Source: an uncultured Methanoregulaceae archaeon (GTDB lineage Archaea; Halobacteriota; Methanomicrobia; Methanomicrobiales; Methanospirillaceae). From it: a stretch of 64,000 bases of DNA. A program made the translations under genes and the position numbers. The stretch's first letter is position 1. Each line of letters starts with the position of its first letter. Below the pieces are notes generated by a model, which was not told the origin of the DNA, made no database searches, and worked only from the letters and a program-made list of their open reading frames with translations. Location of the stretch: NCBI GenBank assembly GCA_963841015.1, contig CAWJAX010000005.1:128001-192000 (forward strand), written 5' to 3'. Below, in pieces: positions 62,243 to 64,000 of the stretch.

Positions 62243-62297
62243 TTCCAGAGGCCCATAATAATGAATGATATACTGTAGCTTCTCACAGGTTTGCCCC

Positions 62298-62753
62298 ATG
62301 AAAGCCATTCTTGATTCGAGCATTTTTTTCTCAGATATCCCAATCACCGGAGACCTCTACACAACTCCTTCTGTTTGTGATGAGCTGGTTGATATTCGCT
62401 CAAAAGGGAATTTTGAGAAATTATCCGCAGAAGGTTTACAGGTCATTTCTCCGAGTGCAGGGAGCAGAGAGATAGTGACAACTGCAGCAAAAAAAACCAG
62501 AGACACGGGTGTAATTTCTGATACGGATTGTGACCTTCTTGCGCTTGCCCTCGATCTTGGTGCAGTTCTCCACACCGATGATTTTGCTATCCAGAATGTT
62601 GCAGGCGTGCTTGGGGTGCAGACCATTCCTATCAACCAGCGAAAGGCAAAACGCATTCATTGGAAATACCGGTGCAGTGGTTGTGGCAGGTATTTTGATC
62701 ATGATGGCGAATGTCTTATCTGTGGCTCGATAATTAAAAGAAAACTTAAATAG
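62298..62753 (+). CDS. nob1: NOB1-family PIN endonuclease with zinc ribbon
   Basis: ILDSS, S.TD..LLALA, TDDFAIQNVA, CSGC...CLICG. Confidence 0.9.
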   Translation: MKAILDSSIFFSDIPITGDLYTTPSVCDELVDIRSKGNFEKLSAEGLQVISPSAGSREIVTTAAKKTRDTGVISDTDCDLLALALDLGAVLHTDDFAIQNVAGVLGVQTIPINQRKAKRIHWKYRCSGCGRYFDHDGECLICGSIIKRKLK

Positions 62754-62774
62754 ATACCGGAGAATCTTTTTCCC

Positions 62775-63383
62775 ATGTCTTCCCTTGACGATCTGATTGG
62801 CAGGGCAAAACTGCTCCTCGCGGAGGGACATAGTCCAGGTCAGATTGCAGATGAACTCTCCCTTTCCATGGAAACTGTTACGTGGCTGCTTACGCAGGGG
62901 AAAGGGACGGCTGCTCCAAAAGATGTCCATATAGACTGGACAGCGGTCAGCAGCCAGGCGCCTTTGCTTGAAGAAACTGCGCTGATGCTCCTTCAGAGGT
63001 ATTATGGAAGCCAGTCTGATGAGAGCGTTTCATCACCAGCTGCGGAGGTGATTGTGGGTATTGCCCTTTCAGGGATCCCGCTTGCAACAATTATTGCTGT
63101 TCAGGAGGCAGCAAAACTTGCCATCTATCACCCGGCAAAACAGAACCAGAGCGAGCGACCGATGGGATCAATCAGCGGGAATTTTGCCGCTATAGGAGGG
63201 GAGCGTTGTATTATCGTTGACGATACCATAACCTCGGGTAACACCATGCGGGAAGTGGTGAAGTATTTGAAGAAACACAATGCGATCCCTGTTGCCATCT
63301 GGGTCATATTCGATAAGCGCGGTATCAAGGATATTGATGGTGTACCGGTCTATTCGCTCTTTAAAATATCCCGCATAGACTGA
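62775..63383 (+). CDS. HTH plus phosphoribosyltransferase-domain protein (PyrE-like/GfcR family)
   Basis: [42 protein letters not shown]-binding loop. Confidence 0.85.
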   Translation: MSSLDDLIGRAKLLLAEGHSPGQIADELSLSMETVTWLLTQGKGTAAPKDVHIDWTAVSSQAPLLEETALMLLQRYYGSQSDESVSSPAAEVIVGIALSGIPLATIIAVQEAAKLAIYHPAKQNQSERPMGSISGNFAAIGGERCIIVDDTITSGNTMREVVKYLKKHNAIPVAIWVIFDKRGIKDIDGVPVYSLFKISRID

Positions 63384-63464
63384 TCATTCCTTTTTTTTAT
63401 AGAGCCAAACACAGATTATATATAGAAGTTCAATTCCACCTTTTACATCATCGGAGGATCCATT

Positions 63465-64000
63465 ATGCAATCTGGACAACAAATTATCATCTTAAAAGAA
63501 AATGTAGAGCGTAATACCGGGAAAGAAGCCCAGCGCTCGAATATCGCAGCAGCAAAAGCAATTGCCGGTGCTGTCAAGTCAACACTTGGTCCACGGGGAA
63601 TGGACAAGATGCTTGTAGATTCAACCGGGGATATTGTGATCACCAATGATGGTGCAACCATTCTTAGCGAAATTGCTGTGCAGCACCCCGGCGCAAAAAT
63701 GGTGATTGAAGTCGCACGGACTCAGGATGAAGAGGTCGGCGATGGAACAACCACTGCTGTTGTCATTGTTGGCGCGCTCATGGAGCAGGCAGAGGGAATG
63801 CTCGAACAGGGTATTCATCCAACCGTTATCGCACAGGGATACCGGATGGGCATGGAAAGAGCACTCGAGATCGTGAACAGTCTCTCCCTCAAAGTTGACC
63901 CGGCGGACCGCAAAACCCTTTTGAAAATTGTGGACACTGCCATAACCGGCAAATCTATCGAGTCAGTAAAAACCAAGCTTGATGGCATTATTGTTGATGC
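63465..64000 (+). CDS. Thermosome (group II chaperonin) subunit, partial
   Basis: Manual translation gives [14 protein letters not shown]...TNDGATIL...[11 protein letters not shown]. Runs off the window. Confidence 0.95.
   Translation, partial: MQSGQQIIILKENVERNTGKEAQRSNIAAAKAIAGAVKSTLGPRGMDKMLVDSTGDIVITNDGATILSEIAVQHPGAKMVIEVARTQDEEVGDGTTTAVVIVGALMEQAEGMLEQGIHPTVIAQGYRMGMERALEIVNSLSLKVDPADRKTLLKIVDTAITGKSIESVKTKLDGIIVD

Noticed and set aside
1-64000. CRISPR arrays, rRNA, inteins, tRNA introns, prophage or defence islands
   Set aside because: I saw no regularly spaced repeats or matching genes. atpA, lonB and aIF5B have normal lengths and all four tRNAs are intron-less.

Overview
Core chromosomal region of a methanogenic archaeon, most similar in gene content and style to Methanomicrobiales (Methanoregula-like; this is my inference, no search was run). 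It encodes about 65 proteins, including the full A1Ao ATP synthase operon (H-I-K-E-C-F-A-B-D), LonB-TldD-TldE, aIF5B, TFB, rpS6e, rpS8e, SRP19, Gar1, HypB, methanopterin-pathway enzymes, class II LysRS, RlmH, PGK, NadE, ThiL, Prs, Nob1 and a partial thermosome. It also has four tRNAs (Lys-CTT, His-GTG, Ala-CGC, Ala-TGC). I saw no CRISPR array, rRNA, prophage or intact transposase. At least 11 single-base frameshifts interrupt otherwise intact genes, some essential, and these are most likely sequencing or assembly indels. The most interesting signals are: an ABC-2 permease fused to a PrsW-type intramembrane protease, flanked by lipobox proteins; a 209-bp MITE with 11-bp TIRs, an 8-bp TSD and a highly structured interior; a structured non-coding segment plus a perfect operator-like palindrome between cupin PGI and TrmB; an archaeal BofA-like gene behind LonB-TldD-TldE; and a degenerate NcsA/TtuA paralog.
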